A stretch of 64,000 bases of DNA from Octopus sinensis. Taxonomy: Eukaryota. Under the pieces are notes generated by a model that was given only the letters and a program-made list of their open reading frames with translations, made no database searches and was not told the DNA's origin. Positions 13,015 to 26,005 of the stretch are shown piece by piece. The translations under genes and the position numbers were made by a program. Location of the stretch: assembly GCF_006345805.1 (NCBI RefSeq), contig NC_043011.1:17496464-17560463 (forward strand), written 5' to 3'. Positions within the stretch are counted from its first letter, which is position 1; every line of letters begins with the position of its first letter.

Positions 13015-13336
13015 TACTCTTTTACTTGTTTCAGTCAATCGATCCCAGGACTTATTCTTTGTAAGCCTAGTACTTATTCTATCGGTCTCTTTTACCGAAC
13101 CACTAAGTTATGGAGACGGAAACACACCAGCATCGGTTGACAAGTGGTGTTGGGGCGACAAACACATGCATATATATATATATTTATATACATATATACG
13201 ATGGGGTTCTTTCAGTTTCCGTCTACCAAATCCACTCACAAGGTTTGTTCGGCCCAAGACACTTGCCCAATGTGCCACACAGTGGGACTGAACCTGGAAC
13301 CATGTGGTTGGTAAGCAAGCTACTTATCACACAGCC
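13015..13336 (-). mobile_element. SINE family A (internally deleted)
   Basis: Reverse-strand match to the family A tail, body and head. Confidence 0.88.
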
Positions 13337-13802
13337 TTCATATTGCCTGAGCCTATATATTCAAACACTCACATTCAGAACACTTCTGAAGGATCATCTA
13401 TGTAGTTCTTCAACTTGCTAGAAATAGCAACTACATTTCTTCTCAAATGACAAATTATCACAAAGAGAGCACATTGAAAAATGTAGCCCTAGATATACAA
13501 AAACACATGATACACAAAGCTGGAATGACTGTGATCATACGTTAGATCAATCGAGGCTGACCTGGTGTTGAACAGCTACAATTTCTGAAAACTTCCAAGA
13601 ACCATGTCCTATATAATCCAGACAAATTTGAAAAACGTAAATGCAATATCAATAACTACATTATCATAAGTAAGATAATTAGACTTAAAAAAAAACTGAT
13701 TATAAGAGCAAAGGAATGAAGAACTGAGACTACTCAGTAACAATCTCATTTCAAAGGAAGTTTATCTTTTGTTGTAAGACATATTTATAAAACTGATTAC
13801 AT

Positions 13803-14070
13803 TTCACTGGCTTCTGTACCGGTGGCACATAAAAAGCACCAATCCGATTGTGGCCATTACCAGCTTCACCTGGCACCTGTGCCGGTGGTATGTAAAAAGC
13901 ACCCACTAGACTCAAAAAGTGTTTGGCGTTAGGAAGGGCACCCAGCCGTAGAAACACTTCCAGATCAGACTGGAGCCTGGTGCAGCCTTCTGACGTCACA
14001 GATCCCCGGTCAAACCGTCCAACCCATGCTAGCATGGAGAACGGACATTAAACGATGATGATGTTGATGA
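13803..14070 (+). repeat. Dispersed repeat family D
   Basis: Same blocks as 8512-8762. Confidence 0.85.
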
Positions 14071-14214
14071 TTTCACATGGCATGTTTTGTAGACAAAAGG
14101 ATAGTTGTTGGAATGAATACAATCATATATACATGATGGATGAGGAAAAACATGAAAAGAAAGGGAAAAAATCATAACAAGAGATACAAGTTTTTATAAA
14201 GGTGCCATAATTGG

Positions 14215-14425
14215 TTTCAAATTTTGGTACAAGGCCAGCGAGTTAGGGTGAAAGTGTAAGTCGATTACACTGATTCCAGTGCTCAACTGGTACTTATTTC
14301 GTAGATCCTGAAATAATGAAAGCAAAGTTGACCTCAGTAGAATTTAAACTTAGAATTTAAAGACAGATGAAATACTGCTATGCATTTTGCATAGGATGCT
14401 TATGATTCTGCCAGCTTACCACCTG
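14215..14425 (-). mobile_element. SINE family C, degenerate
   Basis: 'gtcgattacactgattccagtgctcaactggtacttatttcgtagatcctgaaataatgaaagcaaagttgacctc'. Confidence 0.7.
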
Positions 14426-14524
14426 AAACAAAGGTGTAATTAATGATATGCATTCCCCCAACTATTGAGAAATGAAAAGCAGAATGCTCCTCAGTTTGAT
14501 TTGAAACTGGTTCAAGGAAATCTC

Positions 14525-15190
14525 AAACTACACCATGCTGGGGCACCAACTTTAGTCGAGCAAATCGAACCCAGAGCTTATTTTTTGTAAGGCTAGTACT
14601 TATTCTATCAGCCTCTTTTACCGAAGCGCTAAGTTACAGGGACGTAAACACACCAGCATTAGTTGTCAAGCAATGTTAGGAGGGGACAAGCAGACACACT
14701 CACAAACACATACATACACATACATATACATATATATACACTTGCGTCAGAAATTAATTAGCACTTCTCAAATTTCTATATTAAATAGGTTAAATCAATT
14801 AACCTTATGAGCTGTTCAAAACGTCTTACACGATGAGAAAACTTAGTATGGTGTGATTTCGGTCCTTGCGAGGCGCTACCTATATCTATTAAACAAAGGA
14901 AGATTTGTCTGCATCCGCACTCCAAGTTGTTGCACTGCTATGTCAACATCATAAGGCTGTAGACTCTCAAACTGCTCTGCAAACAAAGTTACGTCATCGT
15001 TCTGCGCAACAGTGAACTCGCAACAAAGCAATAGTTCGAGATATGGCCACTAGGTGACAGCACATACCTTGAGTGGAGAGCAAATCAAGGGTGCTAATTA
15101 ATTTCTGACGGTAGTGTACATATACGACAGGCTTCTTGCTGTTTCCATATAGCAAATCCACTCACAATGCTTTGGGTGGCCCGAAGCTAT
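14525..15190 (-). mobile_element. SINE family A interrupted by a MITE
   Basis: Family A sequence at 14525-14738 resumes at 15117-15190 after the insertion. Confidence 0.85.
14739..15116. mobile_element. Tc1/mariner-type MITE (378 bp)
   Basis: TIRs CACTTGCGTCAGAAATTAATTAGCAC / GTGCTAATTAATTTCTGACGGTAGTG; TA TSD at 14737-14738 and 15117-15118; inserted in the SINE's TA tract. Confidence 0.9.
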
Positions 15191-18100
15191 AAAGCAGCAT
15201 CTTTTGTGATTCTTTTCCATCTCATCCATTTCCTCAATAAAATATGTTTAATACTTGGTTAGAAATAAATGTATTTGTATTAGAGTCTGTTCAAACAAAA
15301 AGTGCCTTTTTAAGCAAAATATTTTTAGCACAAAATTAGGTTTCGATTTTGATATTAGTTTACTGCTCCCCTATCATTGATACAATCTCATACTTTTTAT
15401 CAATGATGTTAAACCATCATAGATTTTAAAATATAATTTCCTTGAAATCACACCTACCTTGCAATCTTAAAACCGAAAACATACATTAGCCAAATCTGAA
15501 ATACCTTTCACCATGGACCTGTTCAATCTGGGTTGACCTGGGCAAAATACAGCAACAGTTGTGAAGGTGCAATGGCCCAATGGTTAGGGCAGTGGACTCT
15601 TGGTGTTGGGGGTTGACCTGCTTTCTCTTCTGCGGGTCTTACGAATAGCAAAGGATCCCGTTTTGACATCTACCACTACAGAGTCGTGATCTTGCGAGCT
15701 CTGGGACAAAGACCTCTTCGCTCAACAAACAAACAAACAGCTAAGATTGTAAAAATGTAAATGCAATTCTTTGACTTGTTATTCATAGATTATACTACAT
15801 TGGAAATAGATTTTACTACTGAATCCAATTTGTTATCTTTTTCTGATGTAATGAGCAACATGTTTATTGCTGTAACAGTTTTCATCTTGCTTGATACCAG
15901 AAATCTTTCCAACTAAAATTTCTGTATGAAATACAATTCATATTAAGAGAGGCATTGTTAGGCTGCAGTAACCATCAATCGCCTCAAGCTAACCCTATCA
16001 ACAATACCATCACCATTATTTAACTATAATAGTATTATGATTGCTCACTTTGGCATGTTTGCTGCAGTGCTGAACTTGGTAATTAATTATCATCTAATAG
16101 AATGAGAAGAAACCATCAAATAATTAAATTTTAGTTCATCCGAACAAAAAATACAACAGACCAATATTATCCAATCAGTGTTGAACATTATGCATTAAAT
16201 TGTTTGAAATCAACATTTTTTGTACTAGTTTTGCATTTAATATTTTAAAGAAAAAAATATATTATTGAATGAACACATGAGAACAGGTAAATTTGTGGTG
16301 ATGTAATCTGATTTAAGGGAATTCTACAGGAATTTTATAAGTGTTATATAAACCACTTGATGGTGTAAGGCTGAACGCTACTTTCAAAGCAATGCTTTTT
16401 TTTGGTTTTGTTGATGTGGTGCATGGTATTTGGCCCATGTTTATTAAATTACTTGAAGAGAATTAGTAGTAAATTCGAAGAATTAGTAAAGCATTTGGTA
16501 CAATGATTTGCTGTGATTAGTTGTAATGGTGCCATCTTCAACTTTCATCCTTGTTGGAAAAGAAAACTTAAAACTATTTTGAGAATAACTATCTGTCATG
16601 ACACCATTAATGCACCAATGTTCAATTATCTTCTTAATATTATGAATATTTTGTTTTAATTCTTGAGGTCATATTTGGAAAACGACTGAAAACTTTGTTC
16701 TCATGGAAGAATCAATAAAACATTTGTGAAAGAAGCTTGAACATTGGAAGAAAAGTCTTCAGGCAAATAACTGAATGTGAACATGATAAAAAATAAGCTC
16801 TTTGTCAGTATCAAAAGGCATAAAAATTTTAACAAACACCAAAGATTATTCAGTTTGCAAAGAAGGGAGAATTCAATATTTTATTGCTATTATGGAGGGT
16901 GGTGTGACCTTTGTGACCTTAACTTCAATTAAAATGATAGATTCTGCACTAGAAGGGCATGATCTTCTCAGATGATTTATTTGAATGATAGAAAATCAAT
17001 CTACCTCTGGCATGTGTGACTTCCCTAACTCACACACCAGCAACAACACAAATCCCGTTTAGTCACCTCACATTTGAAGCATTTCAATACATGACTATGC
17101 CAGTTCAAGTGTCACTCATTATTTCATCTCTCTTCAACAGTTGCCTTTGATAATCCATCCCATTCTCTCCCCCTCACCATACAGTGTCTCTCATTACTCA
17201 TTAAGCAGTAAAATTTTAATGACTGAAGATCCTTTATTTTATCCTTCCACAATTTAAACATGTCTCCCTGAGTTATTATGGCAGAGAGACAAAAGACAGA
17301 GGGAATGAGAGGGAGAGAGAAAGAAGAATTAAAGTGTTAAAAGCTCCATTATGAACAAAAATAGAATTCTTTAAAATCATATCTCATTTCCCTTAAATCA
17401 TGACAGAATTTGCTCTATCTACATATATGATATTAATCATTTTGCAGATGTAATAATTTGTATGTTGCATAAAATAAAAGAAAGGGTTTTGGGGGTTAAA
17501 TGGGAGAAAATATACTTTGTGTGATGTGATAACAAATATTCTAAAATATTCTACTATGAGTTAGCCTTTGCTAAACAACATATCCTTCATGCAGATATCT
17601 TCCTTAGTAAATTTTTCCATGTCAATTTGTCAGGCAATGGTAGCTCATGTTAATTTCTCCAGTACATCAATTGACACAAGCATTTCTGTTTTCCAATCAT
17701 TATTTTGAAAAAAAAACAAAACAAAAAAAACAAGACAAAACAAATAACAAAAAACAAAAAGAAAACCAAATTGGAATAAATATCACTTTTAGTCTGACAT
17801 TCAACAGAGTGTTGTTTCCTGTCATAACTAAGGTTAAATCTCTCTAGTAGTTCTTTGAAATAGTTTAATGGCGATTTGTGAAGTTGAAAATAACTCATCC
17901 TATTCACTTTTTGATCTCTAATTATTGAACTGTAGTACAAGCAATTGTCTTTCAAATCTTTATCAATGATTTTCATTTGTTCCCACAATACCACTCTCTT
18001 TGAACAACAGCACTGAGATCTAGCCAGTGATCTGAAAATGTATTTATATTTAGTTTGTGTAGAAATCAATTGATTGTTTTCTATTTGATAATTACTATTT

Positions 18101-18785
18101 TGGTTCTTTGATCTTTCTAACATGACTAAAATGCAATCTCTATTGTCAGTTGTAAACTTTAATTCTCTCTTCCTACATTGCCCTCGCCATACTGGTAGCT
18201 ATATTCTTACAGAACAAATCAGAACACCATTTCAAACATGAATTATTTCTCGTTGTCTCTGAAACAACTACCAAGGAGAATTGGCATGCAACACAATGAT
18301 AACAAAACAAAAAACAAAACAAATTCATGTGACTGAAGATAATTAAAATTATTCATAAACATACTATTTGTACAATGCCTTCATTTCCATATCGCCTTTT
18401 GAATAATCTCATAGCACTGCACCATTTTCCTGACATGCTGATCTTGCATGGTGGAATAACCTAACTCTGCATAACTTTTTCATCCATTGAAACAATTCTA
18501 TTTTCAGATATTTCTTCCGTTTTCATATTTTCTCAATGGTAACATGGGCTATTTTCAGCACTTTCAGTTTTAAAAAATGGGACCAAGACTGTTTTAGAAC
18601 ATAAAAAAAATACTCTTCTATATGCAAAGGTGGCTGGCTCATTTTAATCCTTCTAAGATCAATTTTGATCGCTGACTGCATACAGTTATCTCAAGGTATA
18701 TTCAGAGGAAGTGAGTGAGACTATAATCAAAGGCTACAGTATTTCTCATGAGTGGATATTATATTTAGTCCTCTCTAGAATGGAA

Positions 18786-19030
18786 TCATCATCATCATCA
18801 TCATTTAGCGTCCGCTTTCCATGCTAGCATGGGTTGGACGGTTCAACTGGGGTCTGGGAAGCCAGAAGGCTGCACCAGGCCCAGTCTGATCTGGCAATGT
18901 TTCTTCAGCTGGATGCCCTTCCTAATGCCAACCACTCCGTGAGTGTAGTGGGTGCTTTTTACGTGCCAGACGAGTCTGGCAAACGGCCGCGATCGGATGG
19001 TGCTTTTTACATGCCACCGGCACGGGGGCC
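18786..19030 (-). repeat. Dispersed repeat family D (inverted orientation)
   Basis: (CAT)n followed by 'tttagcgtccgctttccatgctagcatgggttggacg'. Confidence 0.85.
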
Positions 19031-19798
19031 AAAATACTATGTGTAAATATTTTAGCAGGTATATGGTAATGGGGTTTACAAAATTCTGTGTGCACGTGCA
19101 TGTGTGTGCATGTATGTGTGTGTTTTGTGTATAATTTCCTATGTGTGGTGGATTTTATGAAACTTTAAATATAAATACCATATGGCATTTCATTATAACC
19201 CTTTGTATGCTGGTTAAACCCCTTTAAGCTTTCATATTCATCTTTAGGAGATCAATAAAATAAGTACTTTCTACTGAGCCCTGGTATTGCAATCGTATTG
19301 CAGCTTGTAGAACTTAACAACTGATGAGAGTAATATACTCATAGTAAAACAATGTACATTAATACAGGCTCTTTCCCTATTTATTTCTTTGTACTAGTTT
19401 CCATATTAGTACTTCATAAATTAATTCTTTACTTCTCTTGGAATATTCACATCATCTTGCAGGTTACATAGGCTTTCCTTAACATATTTATTGCTGCACT
19501 GAGTATTATTTTCTTCAGAGATATAAACTTTATGTCTGATCTAAAGAATTCAAATAAGGTTTCACTAATGAATTCAACATTGACCCTTAACAATCAACTT
19601 GAATGCTGGTCCTTAAACGTCAACATTGAATTTAGTAGTGGTCGGAACATAAATGATTGAGATAACCTCAAATTACAACTAGTGTTTCTTTGGTCAAGTA
19701 GAAAATTAGACATATCAGTAGAGCTGGAATTGATGAAATACCAAGATAAAACTGAATACTACAAAATATTTAATTCCATGTTCTTGTCATTTGAGATT

Positions 19799-20186
19799 TA
19801 GTAGTGCCCACCGCCAATCTCCGACTTCACCTATCTCTATGGCCCCTTCCATCTCTCCTTCTGCAACGGCGCTTGCGATGGTTTGGCCATGCATGTAGGC
19901 ATCCGGTGGGTGAACTGAGCCATGATGTCCTTCTCCCAACTCCACTTCCCAACTGGCGGAAACGCATGGGCGGGCAGCTGAAGACCTGGGCTACGATGAT
20001 CAAGGAGGACCTCTCGGTGCTCATGGGTCAGCAGGTGGTCGGCCTGTGCCAATGGAACTGTAACTGGCTCGCTATTTCCAGTGAACTGGTGCAGGACTGT
20101 CGTGCGTGGGCTGCCATGGCTCGAGATGCCTCGAGGGTGGCAGAAGAAGCCGACTCAACCCGCCCAGTACAGGTAAGTAAGTAAGT
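19799..20186 (+). mobile_element. RTE-clade LINE, 5'-truncated 3' end with TSD
   Basis: Translation 'QRRLRWFGHACR...GGQLKTWATMIKEDL...LVQDCRAWAAM'; (GTAA)n tail; 10-bp TSD ATTTGAGATT at 19789-19798 and 20187-20196. Confidence 0.9.
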
Positions 20187-21189
20187 ATTTGAGATTAAAA
20201 GACACACCATTGGAGTACATTCTTGTATGTCATATACAATTCTGCTGACTTCATACAGTTATCTCAAAGTATATTCAGAGGAAGTGAATGAGACTATAAT
20301 CAAAGGCTACAGTATTTCTCATGAGTGGATATTACATTTAGTCTTCTCCAAAATGGAATAATGGAGGTAAAATAAAATACTATGTGTAAGCAGGTATATG
20401 GGAATGGAGTTTACAAAATTCTGTTATGGTGGACTTTTACTTTCATCTCCCTGGAATGATGAACTGTATATATATATATATATATATAGGATTGTTATTG
20501 AACTCTAAAAGCATAAAGGCTCTACAATGTATCGGTATACTTATTTATGAATTTTTGTATATATGTATTATTATTTTTTTGAAAAAATTGTAAATTTCTT
20601 TTTTCCCCTTCCTCAATTTAAAAAAAAAATTCTTTTCCCCTTCCAAATCTTAAAAATTTGCCTTGCAATGAAAACCAGTTTGATTTATTATCTTTCTTTT
20701 TTAATTTTCCATACACACATTTTTATTAAAGATTACTTTCAATTTAGCATTCTGCCTTATTATAATGTTTCCTCTCCTATCATTTCTCCATGTGTGGTCA
20801 ACACAACCCCACCATTTACTGATTTATATATATAAATATATATATGAAGTTAACCCATCACCTATTCTCCATCTTTAATACAACTGGCCATGGCATGGTA
20901 CACCAAAATAATACACTAATAGTTTTCCTACCTACATATAAGATTCAATAATTTTCACCAACAAAAAGTTTAACATAACTGTTAGTGCTTAATCTGAGAA
21001 AGTAAGGTGTAAATATATGAGCAGAGAATACAGATATTACAATAGTAATGATATATAGAATAGGGGGAAATTAATTCAGAACAGAAATTCCAGAATAAAA
21101 GGAATGTCCACATAGTGTTGAATACATAGTAGTGTTATTTATATAGATGTTTACATCTACTCTCCGCTTCACTAGTAACAATTTCCATT

Positions 21190-21380
21190 ATGTTACTTTA
21201 TAATCAAGTGTCTATGGTAGTATGTGCGGGAAAATTTATATTGGACAAACTGATCACACTTCCAGTAGCTATGATCTAATAGGTCTTTCATTCAATAATT
21301 TACGTTGCACACAGACGTACACATTTTGTTTATTTAAGGACAAGACAATAAGTATCAGAGCATCTGACATTATTATCTGA
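21190..21380 (+). mobile_element. Degenerate Penelope-like GIY-YIG fragment
   Basis: 'tgcgggaaaatttatattggacaaact' translates as CGKIYIGQT, matching the C.CG..YIGQT pattern. The surrounding sequence is decayed. Confidence 0.4.
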
Positions 21381-21869
21381 AATATACTGAAAATCTGGTT
21401 GAATGCAATGTTTCCTAATGCAATCGCTCAAGAGTTCAAGTCTAGCATTTGAAATAATTTTTTTCTGAAACAAACTGTGTTGCTATGGCAATGAAAAAAC
21501 CTCATTTATCATTTTTAGAATTTACTGATATTAATGTAGGGACAAATGAAAAGCTGATAGAAAAATATAAAAAAATCTATCCTAAATAATTTTAAATAAT
21601 TCAGTAAGAAATTTTATCTGATTTGTAAAAAGAATTGTTCTGAAATTTGATAAGCCTTCAGATGGAGATGGAAGTGGGGAGGGGGAATGAATAACTGTTA
21701 ATCTATTTTAATGACTGCATAGAATAAAGGAATTTGATATTAGTTTTAGACATTTTGTTGCATAATTACAGCATTCTTGATTTCTGCAATATATACAAGC
21801 ATATTTCATAGAAAAAAAACCCTTTTTATTTCACAATTGTGTCCGAATATTACTTGTATATGAACTTGT

Positions 21870-22262
21870 GGTGACATTCACCCTGGGCGGGTTGAGTTGG
21901 CTTCTGCCTTGGAAGAAGTTTTATGAAAATATGTGGATTTCACAAGTGGTCCCCAACAATCCCGCATGTAGAGACATCCTGTTTGCTGCAGATTGTCCAC
22001 AGATGCAGGGACAGAATGACCGAGGAGCCGCCAGTTGCTGAAAGAGACACTCAGAGGATTTTCACCAGAGCCCTGTCTGCCAGGTTGTGGCCCTAATACC
22101 ACTCGGTGTCAGACCAATCTGCCTTGGGTGGCCCTACCAGGAACCGAAATTCCCGACAAAATAGCTCTGACACTACCCTTTGCCAGCATCCCCATCATGG
22201 TGAGGAGGGGATGGACTTTGGGGACGCAATATTGCAAGCCATACATTTGCTGATAATTTTAA
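21870..22262 (-). mobile_element. Non-autonomous RTE-related element
   Basis: Its minus-strand 3' end 'gcagaagccaactcaacccgcccag' matches the 3' end of the RTE at 20140-20168; the remainder is GC-richer and non-coding. Confidence 0.55.
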
Positions 22263-23132
22263 GGAAGAAAAATCTTGTAACTGAAACATATGTGTGTGTG
22301 TATGTGCGTGTATGTATGTATGTATGTGTGTGTGTGCACCTGCATGTGTGTGCATGTATGTGTGTGTTTTGTGTATAACTTCCTATGTGTGGTGGATTTT
22401 ATGAAACTTTAAATATAAATACCATATGGCATTTCGTTATAACCCTTTGTACTCTGGTTAAACCCCTTTAAGCTTTCATCTTCATCTTTATGAGATCAAT
22501 AAAATAGGTACTGGGCAAAGTATTGAATATTGATGTTAAAACCTTTGAACCGGTACTTGAGAATAACCATAATTCTTGACAGCAAACACTAAAAGAATAA
22601 AAGAGTTATTCACTTTTAATATGCATTTATTTTGTTACTGGCATAAATCATTGGAATATGGCAATGCCTGGGCAGCATTTTTATAGAATTTAATCAATTT
22701 CAGATTTTTTTCTGGCTGAGATTTAATTTTATATGTAAGGAAGAAAAAGAAAAAGAAAATGGCCAAGGCATAAATACATATAACATATAAAGAAATGAAT
22801 ATAGACTCAATACAGTAGTGTCATATGCTTCATGCTTTTTACCCATCTACAGGGCATTTGTATGTATCCCTCAGTGTGCATGTCTGACAGCTCATATTTC
22901 TTCCCATGACAATGTATACACATACTTGAGCATGTGTGGGACCAGTTTGAACCTTCCACTTGTGTTTACTCCTTCTTAAAATTCCACTCTTTCAACCTCT
23001 TTAAATGCCAGATATTGGCCTGCCCCACTGAATCCTCATTTTACTTCCTTCTCGTTTCCTTTTGACCAATCCCTTTTTGTCTATTTCTTTCTTGTACTCC
23101 TTTTCTCCTTTCTATTTCTTATTTCTCCATTA

Positions 23133-25289
23133 CACTGGCCTGCATGATTTTTTTAATTGTCTGTATGGTATCTTTTTTCAGAATATATAAGAAAAATAAT
23201 GTGTCATTGTATTTTTTATTCATCTCTATCACATCAGGTTATCAGGTTATATGGAAGCGTTACTTATCTCTTATTGTATAACATATGTAAATGATAAATT
23301 AAAATTCTTACCTTGTATTGACTTAAATGTTAAATCTAATATATTTTTCTTTAGTTTCAGTCTGTGAATATGTCTTGAGGGTGAATCAATTCACCAGATA
23401 TATTCTGCTTTGTTTGTGGGCAATTCACCCTTTCAGATTCCTGGAGCTGCTATTTAGCTTATTTTGGCTGCACACTGGGAGATCTAGACAAGCCATTTGC
23501 ACCTCACTTCACTTTAATCTTACTGATGCAAGAGTTCCATCCGTAAGCTTCAAATGTGGTCACTTGGTAAACTTAAATGTATGCCTTTTGGAGTATCAGT
23601 GATACGGTGGGAGCAGATGAACCACTATGATGACTGCTCCTTTGGATTCATCGAGAAGATTAAAAATCCCATAATGTACCCAAATATTCCTTCAGCATTA
23701 ATGCCTGTTTCACTCTGAAATGATATTCCTGTACTTGTGCCACCTGAGACACAGGAAATTTCATCAGAGTCTAATACTAGTGATACTAATGAGATAGAAG
23801 TAGACTATGAGCCACCAACAAATGACAACCCCAAATTCTTCACAAAGTTGAGCTCAATGACTTGGTTAGAGACCTTAACCTTCCAAAATAAAGTGTACAT
23901 TTACTTGGCTCTAGACTGTGGGAACACAAGTTTCTAGCTACTGGAAAAACAATTGCTTGGTACCCTCATCAAGAAGTGGAATTCATTCAGTTCTTTGAGA
24001 AAGAGGATTCTTTAGATTTCCGCTCAAATATTTCTAGCCTTATTGAACACATGGGGATGATGTACAAAGGAGATGAATGGAGGCTCTTCATCGATTCTTC
24101 TAACAGATGTTTAAAGGCTGTTCCTCTCTACAATAACAACCCAGCTGCATCTGTGCCAATAAGCCATAGTATTCAAATGCCAGAACCTTATGAAAATTTG
24201 AAGACAAAAATAACTGCAATCAAGTACCATAATCACAATTTTCTAATTTCAGGTGATTTAAAAGTTATTGCTTTTCTACTAGGTCTTCAAGTCTCCTGTT
24301 TTCTGTGTCTTTGGGATAGTAGGACAGATAGCCAACACTATGAACAAAAAGACTGGCTGCTAAGAACCAGCTTCTTACTCGGAAATCACAACCTGAAAGC
24401 TGTGCCACTATTTAATTCCCCACCATAAAAAAAATTCTGCTGCCACCACTCCACATCAAATTAAGGCTTGTGAAAAGTTTTGCAAAGACCCTGAACAAGA
24501 ATGGAGCTGCTTTTAAGTACCTGGAGTCAAAGTTTTCTTATATGAGTGAAGGCAAGCTAAAAGCAAGAATCATTGTTGGACCTTAGATTCGGGAATTGAT
24601 GAGGGACAAGCATTTTGAGGAAGCATTAGCAGGTATCAAAATGAATGCCTGGTTTTCCTTTAAGAAGATTGTCCAAAACTTCTTGGGGAAACAGCCACTC
24701 CCCAGAATATGAAAAAATGATCCAAGACCTGATATCACGTTTCCAACAACTTGGGTTTAGAATGAGTGTCAAGATGCATTTTTCGCACTCGTATCTTGAC
24801 AATTTTCCCAAGAAATGTAGGGACTACAGTGAAGAAGAAGGAGAGCGGTTCCATCAAGACATTTGCACCATGGAAACTCGATACAAGGGCAAATGGAATG
24901 TCAACATGATGGTGGTGATCGCTCCAATACACAGTACAAGTGGAAATCAAAGCAGTCCTCCTTCATTTGAATCAATACGTAGGCTAACCATTAGGATGAT
25001 ATTTTTTACATTCATTTGCTTTGATGTTGATAATTCTGATTCATTTCATGTTGATTTGGAAAACATTTGTTCTTAAAACTAATAGAATCTGCTTTTTCTT
25101 CATATTAATAAAAACGATTTTTTAAAAATTCACATCTTAAAATTATTATTGATTTGTGTTTTATTCAACATCCTTATGTGACAGAGCAAAATGGTTTAGA
25201 TATTTAAAATCAGTACCTCAAAAATATATAACATTACATCCATGAATAAAAACTAAAAAAAAAAAATAATTCCCAAATGCTGACCAGTG
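23133..25289 (+). mobile_element. Full-length Chapaev3-like (CMC superfamily) DNA transposon, transposase pseudogenised
   Basis: TIRs CACTGGCCTGCAT / ATGCTGACCAGTG; TTA TSD at 23130-23132 and 25290-25292; frameshifted transposase with EWRLFIDSS, GDLKV..LLG, CFLCLWDSR, PPLHIKL, MSVKMHF.HS.LD.FP and EEGERFHQDI..ME.RY.GKW. Confidence 0.85.
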
Positions 25290-25489
25290 TTATCATTTCA
25301 CCACTGACCTGCTTTTATCTCTACCATTATTCTTGTCTGCTTCCTAGTTGTACCTAAAGCTTGAATGTGCAGGCATTTGTGGTGTTTGTGTGTGTATATT
25401 TGTTTGTGTATGTGTTTGCCTTGCTGTGCATGCCTTTATATTTGCTGACAAATTTTCTTTTCATCATTCTCCCTTACTGATCCAGTCAA

Positions 25490-25548
25490 AAACCTAATAA
25501 TGATATTTCCGTTGACCCATGGTCAACGGAAATATCATTATTAGGTTT
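25490..25548. repeat. Perfect 28-bp inverted repeat with 3-nt loop
   Basis: AAACCTAATAATGATATTTCCGTTGACC-cat-GGTCAACGGAAATATCATTATTAGGTTT. Confidence 0.95.
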
Positions 25549-26005
25549 CTCTGAAGACAGATTTCCGCATTTGTGTCCATCACAGAGTCTTCCTGTGTCT
25601 AAGGAGTAGGGTGCATGTCTGAAAAACTCTATGGTCGGAGACCATAGGAGGGTCCTAAGAAAATTATTGTACCCGGCTTTTGTAGTACTTCTGTTGATTG
25701 TTACTACACACACACACACATGTATGTACATGTATGTGTGTGTATAAGTATGTATGTGTAAGCATATGTACATATTAGTGTGTGCATGTGTGTGTGTGTG
25801 TGTGTTGTGTGTGTGTGTGTGTGTGTGTGTGTAAGTGTACATGTGTGTGACAAATTTCTCTACACTCTACACTTTGCAAAAGTGTAGGAAAACGAATCTA
25901 TAGAGAAAGAAAATCATGAAGTTGCCTTGCTCTGAGATTGAACCGCAAAGCATATATGTTGCAAAGCCAAAGTTTGAAACACAGCTCAATCCCAACATCA
26001 ATATA

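Noticed and set aside
17650-18123. 157-aa minus-strand ORF with an internal acceptor-like site at about 18034
   Set aside because: No donor or partner exons were found, the 3' third is a poly-T low-complexity tract, and no family was recognised.
19313-19365. CTGATGA-GAGTA-ata-TACTC, a hammerhead-like start
   Set aside because: Stem II is followed by ATAGTAAAAC rather than GAAA, and stem I does not pair.
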